Shown piece after piece: positions 9,081-18,663 of a stretch of 38,544 nucleotides of DNA. Under the pieces are notes generated by a model. The model had not been told where the DNA came from. It ran no database searches and worked only from the letters and a program-made list of their open reading frames with translations. A program made the position numbers and the translations under genes. Source of the stretch: a virus (taxonomy: Duplodnaviria > Caudoviricetes); the IMG/VR virus record IMGVR_UViG_3300020045_015905, positions 1 to 38,544 of that record; one strand, 5' to 3'. The first letter of the stretch is position 1. Every line of letters starts with the position of its first letter.

Positions 9081-11033
9081 CTAAGTGAGTGCTGTTGATA
9101 ACTGCAATCTTCGGGTGAGTTCGTTACCGATTTTTTCAATCAACTCTTCGCCTGAAACATCGCCATTTACTACGATATTGACGGTCACTCCCCCACTCAT
9201 GCCTGCCGGTGCATTTCTCTTTGTAAGAGGGACAACTGCCTCTGGGCCGTCCTCTCCAATCATTGCAAGAGTCGGTTTGCTCACAATTCCACCTTTTGCA
9301 AGGCGAGGCACTTCTGGGATATTTGGGATAGAAAGTCCTACCACTCCAGCCCCTTTATTTGCCACAGAATTGATTGCCTGGACAAGTTTATTTACGCCAT
9401 CAATCAAGAAGTTGATCACACCTTTGAACGCCCATTTTATGCCCTCAAAAGCCATGTCAGTAACAACTTTTACACCGTCCCAAATTTTACTAAAAGCGTT
9501 CGTGATTGGGTCTGTGAATTTTGTAATATATTCGAGTATAGTACTCATTCCACTTGAAACATCGCCAGTAAGTTCATTCCATTTTTGAGAAACAAAAGTA
9601 CGAATTGCTGTCCACACAATCATCCAACCAGCTTTGATATTACTGAGCCATGTTGAAATTACGGATAACACTTTTGTGGTGGCCTCGACAACATCTGTCG
9701 TGAGCCATTCCCAAAATCCAGTGAAGAAAGTAATGAGTCCTTGAAAAATTCCGACAATGTCAATGCCAAGTAAATTGAAAGCTCCAACAACAATCCCCGT
9801 CGCCAATGCAATTTGAAATTTAAAGAGCATGACAATACCATCCCAAAATAATCTGAAAAAATCGACAATGCCATTAAAAATTGCTTTTAAACCGTCACCC
9901 ATGGCAGAGAAAAAATTTATTACTGGCGTGACAATTTTATCGACAGCGTCAAGAACTGTAGTAGTGATACTTGTCCATACCTCATCAGCTTTTGCTTTGA
10001 GCATGTCCCAATTTTTCACCACCCAAACAATCCCGGCAATAATTCCAGCAATGACCGCACCGGCAATCATGAACGGAGCCAAAGCAATGGCCCAAGCACC
10101 GAATGCGACGACAGCAGCCCAGACCGCTGGAACCAATGCACCTACGATTGCACCGGCAATGATATACATGACGGTTTTATTTTCCTCAAAATATTGAGAA
10201 ATTTCTTTTATCTTTTCAATCAAGGCTGGAATTTTTGACACAAGACTTTCAAATACAGGAATCAGCTTGGTCATTCCATCGAGCAATGGCTTGCCAACAT
10301 TTTCAGCCAAGGCCAAATTCAAATCATCTTTTAAAGTCGATAATTGCCCGGCAAAAGTCTTTGATTGAGCCTCCATACCACCGAAGAAGCGACCGCCTGC
10401 ACTGGTGGCCGTTTTGAAAGCCTCAGTGACCATGGCCGCGGAGATTGCCCCATTACTCATTTTGTCCTTGAGAGAGGCCATACTTTCCCCGGTCTTTTCA
10501 GAGATAATTTGTAGAGGGTTGAAACCTTGGTTGACCATTTGAAGCAAATCTTGGCCCATGAGTTTTCCAGTACTCTGTACCTGAGCAAAAGCCAGAGAGA
10601 GCATTTTAAATTTCTCCTGATTACCAAGAGCCACATCCCCAATCATGCGTAAGTTTGGAAGTACATTTTTGCTTTCAATACCAAAGGCAAGGAGGGTTTG
10701 AGAAGCCTGAGCAATGTCTGAGGTTTCGAGCGGTGTCGTGCGGGCAAATTCTTTCATTTTTGCCACAAAATCCTGAGCCTTCTCCGCCGAGCCAAGCATG
10801 GTCTTGAAAGCCACTTGAGTTTGTTCAATGTCTGAAGCAGATTTTAATGCAAAACCACCGATACCTGCAAGAGCGGTACCGGCGACTAAAATGCCTTTGG
10901 CAAAAGTTTTTGAAGCGTCTTCACCTCGTTGAATTGTATCACTGAAGCTGTTGAGATTACCTTTTACTTTGTCGAGACTTGCAGTGATGTTATCCTTGAG
11001 GTCGATGACGACCTGCAGACGATTGTCGGCCAT
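9081..11033 (-). CDS. Tape measure protein
   Basis: FARTTPLE...GKLMGQDLLQM tape-measure domain, Trp/Phe-periodic repeats, C-terminal LAKGGIV...IGEDGPEAVVPL; start set at MADNR. Confidence 0.95.
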   Translation of the reverse strand: MADNRLQVVIDLKDNITASLDKVKGNLNSFSDTIQRGEDASKTFAKGILVAGTALAGIGGFALKSASDIEQTQVAFKTMLGSAEKAQDFVAKMKEFARTTPLETSDIAQASQTLLAFGIESKNVLPNLRMIGDVALGNQEKFKMLSLAFAQVQSTGKLMGQDLLQMVNQGFNPLQIISEKTGESMASLKDKMSNGAISAAMVTEAFKTATSAGGRFFGGMEAQSKTFAGQLSTLKDDLNLALAENVGKPLLDGMTKLIPVFESLVSKIPALIEKIKEISQYFEENKTVMYIIAGAIVGALVPAVWAAVVAFGAWAIALAPFMIAGAVIAGIIAGIVWVVKNWDMLKAKADEVWTSITTTVLDAVDKIVTPVINFFSAMGDGLKAIFNGIVDFFRLFWDGIVMLFKFQIALATGIVVGAFNLLGIDIVGIFQGLITFFTGFWEWLTTDVVEATTKVLSVISTWLSNIKAGWMIVWTAIRTFVSQKWNELTGDVSSGMSTILEYITKFTDPITNAFSKIWDGVKVVTDMAFEGIKWAFKGVINFLIDGVNKLVQAINSVANKGAGVVGLSIPNIPEVPRLAKGGIVSKPTLAMIGEDGPEAVVPLTKRNAPAGMSGGVTVNIVVNGDVSGEELIEKIGNELTRRLQLSTALT

Positions 11034-11247
11034 AAGATTTTGATTCTTGCTTCTTTCGGTCGCGCTCTTGGCGATCGTTTTCAAAGCCTATTATTTGAAT
11101 GAACTCCACCATGCGTTTGTGTTCGTATTGTTTCCAGTCCAACCCAAATTTTTCACTCATCCTGAAATCGAGAATCACATCGTACCCTTCTTTTTCGGAC
11201 CGGCTATCAAAAAGTATTATTCTTTCGATAGCCCCAAGTCTTTTTTT
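10990..11247 (-). CDS. Tail assembly chaperone, C-terminal extension (gpGT-like) reached by -1 frameshift
   Basis: The -1 frame is open from the A7 run (11241-11247) into ORF 10990..11178. Confidence 0.75.
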   Translation of the reverse strand, partial: KKRLGAIERIILFDSRSEKEGYDVILDFRMSEKFGLDWKQYEHKRMVEFIQIIGFENDRQERDRKKQESKSYGRQSSAGRHRPQG

Positions 11248-11543
11248 GTTGGATTGATGTGAGACACTAAACTTTCAACAATGGTTTGGAAAGTTTCCAT
11301 TTTTAATTTTCTAAAATTCTCTTCACAAAGTTCTGCAACTTTTCCAGTTTCGTCGGTGAGACTCCAACTTGTGAGGGCAGTTTTTAATAAAAGCATATTC
11401 AAAACATCAGCGTCGTCACCTTGCTCTTTTTGTGCTTTTGTGATTTTTATCAAATCATCATAACTAAATTCACGATATTCAACCCACTCTCCGTCTGCAA
11501 AAGTAATCTTCATTCTGTTTTCCGTGCTTATAAAATGCCCCAT
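11217..11543 (-). CDS. Tail assembly chaperone (gpG-like)
   Basis: Between the tail tube and tape measure genes; L.SWSLTDE.G motif; ends in an A-AAA-AAA slippery site; start set at MGHFI. Confidence 0.85.
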   Translation of the reverse strand: MGHFISTENRMKITFADGEWVEYREFSYDDLIKITKAQKEQGDDADVLNMLLLKTALTSWSLTDETGKVAELCEENFRKLKMETFQTIVESLVSHINPTKKDLGLSKE

Positions 11544-11573
11544 ATAATTATATAAAAAAATAATAGTGACTTT

Positions 11574-11609
11574 ATTATAACACAAAAAAAGCGTGCTTGG
11601 TAGCACGCC
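11574..11609 (-). terminator. Terminator after the tail tube gene, abutting an extended -10 element
   Basis: GCGTGCT-acca-AGCACGC followed by T7, then TGtTATAAT (11582-11574). Confidence 0.75.
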
Positions 11610-11623
11610 CTTTCTAGATTTTT

Positions 11624-13021
11624 TTAGTATGAAGTTGTCGCATTGACAAGTACGGCTTTACCGATATATCCGTAGGTAGAAGAGTAGTACATATCAAATG
11701 GCATTTCTTGGTTGAGCAAATCATCTTCACTGAGTGATGGATTGAATGCCCCGAACACTACCGCTGGCACACGCCATTCAAGTGTGGCATACACACCAGT
11801 GGAAGCAATTTGTTGGCCGGTGTGAGTAATACGTACAGCGGTTTGTGTACTATTTCTCAAACGGTCAAGGAATGTTTGATCAATGTATGTTTTTGTGAGT
11901 GAACCGTTGCCTTCGATTCCTTTCAAGAAATTCTTTGCTGGGAAGCGGTTGATGACATTGGTACCGGTCGCAGCATGGCGAGATTCCAATTCGTTTGTCA
12001 TTGACAGCTCGAAATCTTCGATACTTTCAGCAGAGGCAGAAATGGTTGCCAAAATAGTGTCACCGATACGAGCCACAGAGCCACCAATCCAAGAAAATTC
12101 TTTGTCTACTGAATAACTTGGAGTCTGAGGAGCGAGAACAATCAAATCCCCTACTGCGGTGTTGTTTGACAGGGTAGCAACAACAAAGGCTCCTTCATTG
12201 GTGATTGAAGCAACTGTGTTACTTTCAACGAATGCACCAGTAGATGGGCGGAAAATCTTGATACTGTCCGCAGCCACAAGCCCAGTGGTTTGGTCCACAG
12301 AAATTGTCTTTGTTGAGCCGGCAGTGGTGATGGCTGTCACGCGCGCGTGCTTGAACTCAGCACGAGCCATGAAACCAATCGCAGCGGTGACGATATTGTC
12401 AGATTGTGCGATTGAGTTCAAAGAGTTGAAACGAACACCAGTATAGCGATATGCTTCATTGTCAAATCCAAATTCTACAGTGAAAGTTGGAAGACTTGAT
12501 TGTGGAGCCTTGAATTCATGGCCATATACAGTCGAAGCATTGACCCCAAGCGTTGCGGTAGCACTTGAAGAACCACCAGTGATGGCTTCACCGGCTGCGG
12601 TAAAGGTGCCACTTGGTGCACTCATGAGGAGATAGTCCCCTTCTGCAGATACGGCGAGCACGGTCGCAGTTGCGGAAGAAGTACCACCAGTAACCGTTTC
12701 ACCCACGGTAAAAGTTCCAGTCACTGAGGAAATTGGGAACCAACGTCCAGAAGTAACAGCGCCAAACACACCACGGAGGAAATACCCCATGATTGTAGGT
12801 TCAGCAAGCAAGTTGATTGTTCCGGTAGGTGCTGCGATTGCGGTTTTAATTGCACGCAAATTTTTGGCACGGTTTGCCGATACCGGCATTGCTGGGGTAG
12901 CGCCCCATTCAGTGTTGATGTCCTCACTCATGAGAGGAATAAATACGTTTGGTTTCACTGCGGTGTTTTCAGTGACTTCTACTTTGAGAGCCATGTAGGC
13001 TGTACGAGAATATGATCCCAT
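11624..13021 (-). CDS. Major tail tube protein with inserted domains
   Basis: E...N.A..P..FIPL N-terminus, LPTFTVEFG...YRYTG, FELSMTNELE; duplicated GTFT.GE.(V/I)TGG.SSATAT insert. Confidence 0.85.
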   Translation of the reverse strand: MGSYSRTAYMALKVEVTENTAVKPNVFIPLMSEDINTEWGATPAMPVSANRAKNLRAIKTAIAAPTGTINLLAEPTIMGYFLRGVFGAVTSGRWFPISSVTGTFTVGETVTGGTSSATATVLAVSAEGDYLLMSAPSGTFTAAGEAITGGSSSATATLGVNASTVYGHEFKAPQSSLPTFTVEFGFDNEAYRYTGVRFNSLNSIAQSDNIVTAAIGFMARAEFKHARVTAITTAGSTKTISVDQTTGLVAADSIKIFRPSTGAFVESNTVASITNEGAFVVATLSNNTAVGDLIVLAPQTPSYSVDKEFSWIGGSVARIGDTILATISASAESIEDFELSMTNELESRHAATGTNVINRFPAKNFLKGIEGNGSLTKTYIDQTFLDRLRNSTQTAVRITHTGQQIASTGVYATLEWRVPAVVFGAFNPSLSEDDLLNQEMPFDMYYSSTYGYIGKAVLVNATTSY

Positions 13022-13055
13022 AAAATAAAATATTATTTAATAAAAAGCCGCTTTT

Positions 13056-13268
13056 TTATTTAGCGGCTCTCTTTGAAGCTCTTTGCTCTGTGTCGTGGTC
13101 TCCCTCAAGGTTTTTTACATTGACAACTACGGGAGCGACGATATCTCTGCCAAGTAATTCTTTTGCAAGCTCTTGTGGAAGTGCCACCTCCATACCTGCA
13201 GTAAACTCTGGCAGATTTGGGACGGTGAAATTTGTCAAGACTTTCACCATCATTGTATTTTCTGGCAT
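13056..13268 (-). CDS. Small virion-associated protein
   Basis: VKVL..F......F.AG.EV.L....A.EL motif, shared with two other ORFs in this window. Confidence 0.65.
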   Translation of the reverse strand: MPENTMMVKVLTNFTVPNLPEFTAGMEVALPQELAKELLGRDIVAPVVVNVKNLEGDHDTEQRASKRAAK

Positions 13269-13270
13269 AA

Positions 13271-13774
13271 TTATTGTCTTAAAATTAAATCGGTTATGAG
13301 TGTGAATGAGGCGTCAGCCTGGACATAAGGAAATTGTCCGCCAATTTCATTTTTATACGTTACCGTGACATTGTTATTGAACAGATACCCAGTGCCGCGT
13401 ATGTTCGCGGGCGCGCGTAATACACCCAGTATTGTATCAGATTTTGGTGCACCAGTCGAGGAATCTCTTTCTCCAATAATTTTTCGGATAGCTTCTTGCG
13501 CGTCAATCTTTTCTCCCGTGCCATTTTCGTCAAAGAATGCTTTGAGGTCAATTACTACACGCACAGTCATTTCATATTGGTATTGGTCCTTGGCCGTGCT
13601 TTTTGCAATGACTTGCTCACTGGTTCCAAATACCATGACTACCGGCAAATAACTGTTTGGAGGCAAAGCAACAATGCCTTGATAAAATGATTTTACTCGT
13701 GGACTTCCACCAGTACCAAGCCCGGCTGTATTTTTGAGGAGCTCTTTGATTTCGTTTTCAACAAACTCGATCAT
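13271..13774 (-). CDS. Tail terminator / tail completion protein
   Basis: Position before the tube gene, size, LPVVMV motif. Confidence 0.65.
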   Translation of the reverse strand: MIEFVENEIKELLKNTAGLGTGGSPRVKSFYQGIVALPPNSYLPVVMVFGTSEQVIAKSTAKDQYQYEMTVRVVIDLKAFFDENGTGEKIDAQEAIRKIIGERDSSTGAPKSDTILGVLRAPANIRGTGYLFNNNVTVTYKNEIGGQFPYVQADASFTLITDLILRQ

Positions 13775-13775
13775 A

Positions 13776-14222
13776 TCATTTTATTAAATCTCGAATATAA
13801 TTATTGAGGCCTTCTACCACTTGAGTGATAACATCACTCGTTATTGCAAGCATGGGACGGGAGTTGATTTGATGATATTTGAAATAATCCACGTTGTTTT
13901 CAATCACCAGTTTTGTACTACTCACTGTTTTTTTAAATCCTTCCTGGAGTTTTCCAGTCCAGATCAAGATTTTGCCGGTTCGTTTCGGTGCCTGGGCATA
14001 ATATCCACGTCTTTCAGCCCGGAGCTTGAGAGTCGCCGCACTGAGAGGCCGCCACGCTGCACCGTTTGCCACGCCTTGCGTTTCAAACACTGTATCTGAA
14101 TAATGTCCTATCAAGCTATCTCCGACCTCTTCTAGGGGCTGTTTGAAACTCCTGAGACCACTACTCAAACCGTCGAGGGTCTTCTTTACTTGGGTGTCAC
14201 TGAGGGAAATGGAGATGTTCAT
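13776..14222 (-). CDS. Phage virion morphogenesis protein (Mu gpG / P2 gpS-like)
   Basis: FETQG....WRPLSAAT, IL..TGKL, YFKYHQ, RPML motifs. Confidence 0.85.
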   Translation of the reverse strand: MNISISLSDTQVKKTLDGLSSGLRSFKQPLEEVGDSLIGHYSDTVFETQGVANGAAWRPLSAATLKLRAERRGYYAQAPKRTGKILIWTGKLQEGFKKTVSSTKLVIENNVDYFKYHQINSRPMLAITSDVITQVVEGLNNYIRDLIK

Positions 14223-14223
14223 A

Positions 14224-14670
14224 TCAAAATTTTGTATTCATTGATATTCTTGGAGCAGTAGAATTATCTGCAGCCGGGTCAGAACTCGCGGCCGTTGGGT
14301 AAAAACTCGGTGAGCGGAGTGTTCGTCTTGCCAACTCGGCTCCAGTAGAATCCACAAGCTTTGTTTTTTGCTTGCGGATATCTTCGAGGATATTCATGGC
14401 CCAGTTCATTCGTTTTTCCCAGCCCTTATCTGTATTTTGACTTTCTTCCCCATACTCATTTGAGTATAGAAGACCAATTGTCAAATACCTGGAAAGCATG
14501 TTGATGATATCAGGAGTCGACGCAAGTGGCAACGTATACAGGTCAGAAATCTTTGCATTGATGACACTGTCAGCGTCGGCAATATATGCGTCAATGGTCG
14601 TGTCAGAAATTTTGTCAGAATCAGAAAATCCAGTGGCCGCTCGTACCTCAGTTTTTGTGCAGTATGCCAT
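14224..14670 (-). CDS. Head-tail adaptor (Mu gp36 / DUF1320-like)
   Basis: MAYCT..EV, IADADSVINAKI...YTLPL...P, A...LEDI motifs. Confidence 0.85.
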   Translation of the reverse strand: MAYCTKTEVRAATGFSDSDKISDTTIDAYIADADSVINAKISDLYTLPLASTPDIINMLSRYLTIGLLYSNEYGEESQNTDKGWEKRMNWAMNILEDIRKQKTKLVDSTGAELARRTLRSPSFYPTAASSDPAADNSTAPRISMNTKF

Positions 14671-14671
14671 A

Positions 14672-15082
14672 TTATTTGTTTATAAAATTTACAATCATTA
14701 TCAGAAAAGAAATGATCCCTACAATGTAGAACCACGCACCAGCACCAAGAGAGCGAACTTGAACAAATGCTTTTCTTCGGCCGTTTTGTTCACTGTCTTT
14801 CAAGCGATTACGCTCTTCGAGATTCATTACTCGGTCGAGAATATCTTTGTCTTGTCTCTCAAGTCGTGATACATCTTCTTTGTCTGCTTTGCCTGAAATC
14901 TGGTGACGAATTTCTGCCATATCAACCTTGTCAGCTTTCTGATCTTGCTTGTGTAAAAGCTCTAAGAGTTTTTCATTTTGTGAGGCATTTGTTCTCTCTT
15001 GACTCTGAGTAAACATTTGAAATTTCGTGAACATGACCAATAGAATCTCTCGGTCTGTTCCGTTTGGTATATCCTCAAGCAT
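14672..15082 (-). CDS. Coiled-coil protein with a C-terminal transmembrane helix
   Basis: Repeated KADK.D heptads and a hydrophobic C-terminus; possible lysis accessory protein. Confidence 0.6.
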   Translation of the reverse strand: MLEDIPNGTDREILLVMFTKFQMFTQSQERTNASQNEKLLELLHKQDQKADKVDMAEIRHQISGKADKEDVSRLERQDKDILDRVMNLEERNRLKDSEQNGRRKAFVQVRSLGAGAWFYIVGIISFLIMIVNFINK

Positions 15083-15087
15083 ATTTT

Positions 15088-15873
15088 TTATGTGAATTTG
15101 AATGTTTTGAGATAATCTACCAATAACGTTGAAGTTGCATTACTTTGAAAATTTCCAAAAAATACTCCGCCTGCTAAAATCGTTGCATTTGTAAAAAGCG
15201 ATTGTTGGATCACAAATTCTTTTGAAGGGTTCCCAAGTGTTCCGAAGCGATAAAATGATGGCTGCCCACAGGCACGTGCTGCAAAGAATAAAACATACCA
15301 ATATTGATATTGAGCATGATCTGGTGAGGTCGTAGTTGCACCAATCCCTGAAATGGTATTCCCATTGAAACTAAAAGGGAAAACTTGGTCAGCAGCACTT
15401 AAACCACTTGCTGATCCAGCCAAAGCTAATGCTCCCGCATTTAAAGATCCAGGACGAATTCCAATAAAAGATTTATACAACCCAGCAGAAGAAGAAACAG
15501 CAGTTAATTTTGCTTTATAAATTACTCCCCAATTAAAAGTCGAATCATGATTTATAGCATCATCCTTTTCATAAAATGTATATGAACCACCCGCAACACT
15601 ATTATCATTGATTGTAAGAATATCCCCATCAGTACTTATTGGTATACCAGATCCTGTTTTTGTCCAGCCATCGTTTTCAGGTAAAACACTCCCATCATAT
15701 GAAATCACAACAGAGGTAGGACGTACTTTTTCAGGCATCCAAAGCCCAAGAATTGAACTATAGACATGATAAGCCATGTCATCTTGAGTTTGACCTACTT
15801 GCCCATCGTATGCACCAGCCGTAAATGCAGAGTAAGTAGGTACCTTTTTCACTTTTTTAAATCCGTAATACAT
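15088..15873 (-). CDS. Putative virion protein, beta-rich / lectin-like
   Basis: Structural cluster; YDGSVLPENDGWT motif, ends LVDYLK. Confidence 0.55.
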   Translation of the reverse strand: MYYGFKKVKKVPTYSAFTAGAYDGQVGQTQDDMAYHVYSSILGLWMPEKVRPTSVVISYDGSVLPENDGWTKTGSGIPISTDGDILTINDNSVAGGSYTFYEKDDAINHDSTFNWGVIYKAKLTAVSSSAGLYKSFIGIRPGSLNAGALALAGSASGLSAADQVFPFSFNGNTISGIGATTTSPDHAQYQYWYVLFFAARACGQPSFYRFGTLGNPSKEFVIQQSLFTNATILAGGVFFGNFQSNATSTLLVDYLKTFKFT

Positions 15874-15901
15874 AATTGAAAATTAGAATTTAAGTGAAAA
15901 T

Positions 15902-16615
15902 TTATACGTAGAGCACACAACCTTTTACATCTGATGGCGTAGCATGAGCCGTATAAGTAGCAAATACAGAAGAGATACCAATCGCAATACCAGTTGGGAA
16001 GTAATGTTGACGAGATTTGAAGAAATCAGACTCAAGCAAAAGTGCAGTGTTTGCAGGCAATGGAATTGGCAAGGTACATGCGTCTGCATTTGCCACAGTG
16101 TTGGCGTCATCATTAAAATGCACCCACAAATCAGTTCCACCTGAGTTATAAAGAGCACAGGCAATCAAAATGCCAGCGGTGGCCTTAATATTTGACGTAG
16201 CCGCACTTCCAGTGTGTTTGTACACAGAAGCAGTAGTTGTTTGTCCAGTGAGCCAGTCAATATTTACCGAAAGAGTAGAATAACTCACCGTGTCCGAAGT
16301 TCCAGTCGTTGCTTTTTTACCATGAAGAAGTCCAGCAGCATAATCAATCCAATATTCACCATTTGCAAGGTCAGCGTCAGCTTTTCCAGGACTCACTTCA
16401 GTCGTGAAACAAGTACCAGTGACAAAAGTCAAACTTGAGTCGCCTTTTCCACCGATTCTTGTACCAGTTGATCCCAAGATAGGTGATGATTTGAATTGAA
16501 CTTCTTTTATTGTTCCAGCTGCTCCAGCAGGAATTGAAATGGCCTCACCAACTACTGCCAAAGTTGTAACTGGGAGGATATTATTTTGTGGAGAGTTTCG
16601 ATTGAACATACTCAT
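15902..16615 (-). CDS. Putative virion structural protein
   Basis: Thr/Ala/Gly-rich; GEYWIDY..G and IKATAG.L...F.TGIAIG domains. Confidence 0.6.
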   Translation of the reverse strand: MSMFNRNSPQNNILPVTTLAVVGEAISIPAGAAGTIKEVQFKSSPILGSTGTRIGGKGDSSLTFVTGTCFTTEVSPGKADADLANGEYWIDYAAGLLHGKKATTGTSDTVSYSTLSVNIDWLTGQTTTASVYKHTGSAATSNIKATAGILIACALYNSGGTDLWVHFNDDANTVANADACTLPIPLPANTALLLESDFFKSRQHYFPTGIAIGISSVFATYTAHATPSDVKGCVLYV

Positions 16616-16767
16616 TGAATTAAAATGTTTCTAAGTAAAAATTTCAAGTCTTCGTCAGTGGCCTCAACCCATTCTCCTTTGAAATATTGCACGCCTTTAT
16701 AGACAAAGGGTCTTTGCACTTTATAATCGCAGTTATTGGCATTTTCAGCCGAGATTTTTGTGATCAT
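16612..16767 (-). CDS. Small virion-associated protein
   Basis: YKVQRPFVYKGVQYFKGEWVE...L motif; start set at MITKI; ATGA overlap. Confidence 0.6.
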   Translation of the reverse strand: MITKISAENANNCDYKVQRPFVYKGVQYFKGEWVEATDEDLKFLLRNILIQ

Positions 16768-16833
16768 AGTAATAATCTTTATAGGGTGCGCGACAGGAAC
16801 GCACCCCAAAAAACTACTAGCTAGTTTTTAGAA

Positions 16834-17619
16834 CTAGGTACCGAGGCCACATTCCCATTCGATAAGTTCTATTACACCAGGCGCGGTAGCATCATGGAGA
16901 AAGTAGAAAAATGGAATAACCACGTCAGCACTATCAAAAGTGAAGGCAGCAGTAGCCGTTGGAGCCACGCCGTCAATTTTGTAAGTAACTACACCAGCAG
17001 CACTCACATCCACTTGGAGAGTATGAGTTGCGGCATCAGCCCAATTGTCAGTAGTATCGGTTGTAGTAGTAGCTGCATTATTGAGAGCAGTTTCAATCTT
17101 GATATCGCCAGAGATAACATTCAAAACCGCAAAATCGGTGTAGTTATCAATAGCAGCAGTATATGCAGCCGCTTTGCGGAAACCTACCGCACAATCATCA
17201 GTACCAGAAACATCGGCAATCTTGAATTTCAAGCGAAAGAAGAATGGGCCGTTGGTTCCGACAATAAACGAATGACGAGACTTAGATAAAATACCCTGGG
17301 TCATCTCAATTCCCTCGTCTGCTGTCAAGTCCATTGAGACATCGAGACCTGTTGCAGTAAGAACAGGAGCAAGCAAGGTTTGACCAGCACCTAAAACACA
17401 ATATTCAAAGGTGTTTGGCCCAAATGACATGATATCAACTTCTCCTGTAGCACCAGCAGCAGCACCACCAGCGAGCTTGGAAACGGTTGGATTAACATCA
17501 AACGTTTCGTAAGTGTGCAAACGATTGATTCTATTTTGAGTCTCATGGTTGACGGAAAGAAATCCAGAAGCAGCCTTGAGTCCTCGTACGGTTTCTTTTG
17601 TGGTTACTGTAGAGTACAT
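16834..17619 (-). CDS. Putative capsid-associated protein, beta-sandwich / concanavalin-like
   Basis: Directly after the major capsid gene; V.Y.IDGV motif; start set at MYSTV, after the terminator. Confidence 0.65.
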   Translation of the reverse strand: MYSTVTTKETVRGLKAASGFLSVNHETQNRINRLHTYETFDVNPTVSKLAGGAAAGATGEVDIMSFGPNTFEYCVLGAGQTLLAPVLTATGLDVSMDLTADEGIEMTQGILSKSRHSFIVGTNGPFFFRLKFKIADVSGTDDCAVGFRKAAAYTAAIDNYTDFAVLNVISGDIKIETALNNAATTTTDTTDNWADAATHTLQVDVSAAGVVTYKIDGVAPTATAAFTFDSADVVIPFFYFLHDATAPGVIELIEWECGLGT

Positions 17620-17640
17620 AAAAACTGTAAATAATGAGTA

Positions 17641-17668
17641 AAAAGGAGGCGGGGTCACCGCCCCCTTT
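17641..17668 (-). terminator. Terminator/attenuator after the major capsid gene
   Basis: AAAGGGGGCGG-tgacc-CCGCCTCCTTTT on the minus strand. Confidence 0.75.
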
Positions 17669-17675
17669 ACGGACT

Positions 17676-18614
17676 TTAGAGAACGGATTTGATGAGGTAA
17701 GCACAATTTGTGTCCAAGATTTTATCTTGGTACGCTTGTTGAACTTCCACAATATCACCTTTATCGTTGGTGTGACGGCGAACTACTGAGCGTACATTTT
17801 CACCAGTCAAAGTGAATTGGTAACCAAGTGATGGTTCGTAGAGACTTGGAGCGTCAGGACGGTAGAAGAAGACAACATCGTCTCCCCATACTACTGATTT
17901 AGTTTCAGTTTGTCCTTCGTTTGAGGTAACCTTGATAGATTTTCCAACAAACACATTCTTCACTTCGAAGAAGTCTTTGATGAGTTGCATGAGAGCATTA
18001 CCATCAAGAACTTTCACACCTTTCACCAAATTCAAGAAGAATGGGTGACGTTTCAAAGTGTTGAATACTGCACGACTCATGTATACACTGTTTGCTTCGC
18101 GGCCGATTGCAGCGTGTACAGCAGTGCGAGCGTCTTCGAACACATCTTCAGGAGTTGAATTGGTGAAGTCTGTGAACTTGTCGCCACCTACAAGAGTGGT
18201 GTTGTTTGTGAGGATTGCGGTACTGGTCATTGCAGCAGCAAGAGCGTTTTCACGTTCAAGCATGAGGGCTTGCAAAGCAGATACACCAGCGTCACGGCGA
18301 GCGTCAAAAGGAGCTTGGAGCTGATTTTGTAAACGGTCTGGTACGTAGATACTCAAATCGTAATATTCGATTTGGTAACTGTCTGAATTGGTGATCTTGA
18401 ATTCCATTCTGTGATCTCCTTCATCGTACAAAGCACGACGTGAATCAAAAATACGGAGATGTTCGTTTTCAAGTGCACCGACTTTTCCGGCTTCTTCTTT
18501 TACAGGAAGTGCTGGCAAAATCATTGGAGCAATGAAGTCAGGATTGACATATGCTTGCAGAACGGAAGACACTTGTGGGTCAACGCGTCCCGTTGTAAGT
18601 CTTGGGAAAGGCAT
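17676..18614 (-). CDS. Major capsid protein
   Basis: VDP..S......Y.N..FIA..I.P..PV, L..HP, VWGD, PSLGY.F and AYLI motifs; follows protease and decoration genes. Confidence 0.9.
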   Translation of the reverse strand: MPFPRLTTGRVDPQVSSVLQAYVNPDFIAPMILPALPVKEEAGKVGALENEHLRIFDSRRALYDEGDHRMEFKITNSDSYQIEYYDLSIYVPDRLQNQLQAPFDARRDAGVSALQALMLERENALAAAMTSTAILTNNTTLVGGDKFTDFTNSTPEDVFEDARTAVHAAIGREANSVYMSRAVFNTLKRHPFFLNLVKGVKVLDGNALMQLIKDFFEVKNVFVGKSIKVTSNEGQTETKSVVWGDDVVFFYRPDAPSLYEPSLGYQFTLTGENVRSVVRRHTNDKGDIVEVQQAYQDKILDTNCAYLIKSVL

Positions 18615-18663
18615 AATCTTTTAAATAAGAGGTTAAAAATTTATTTTGTCGAGCTCAAACGCT

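Noticed and set aside
16784-16807. GGGTGCG/CGCACCC hairpin as a terminator
   Set aside because: No U-tract follows it on either strand; more likely a stabilising or processing stem.
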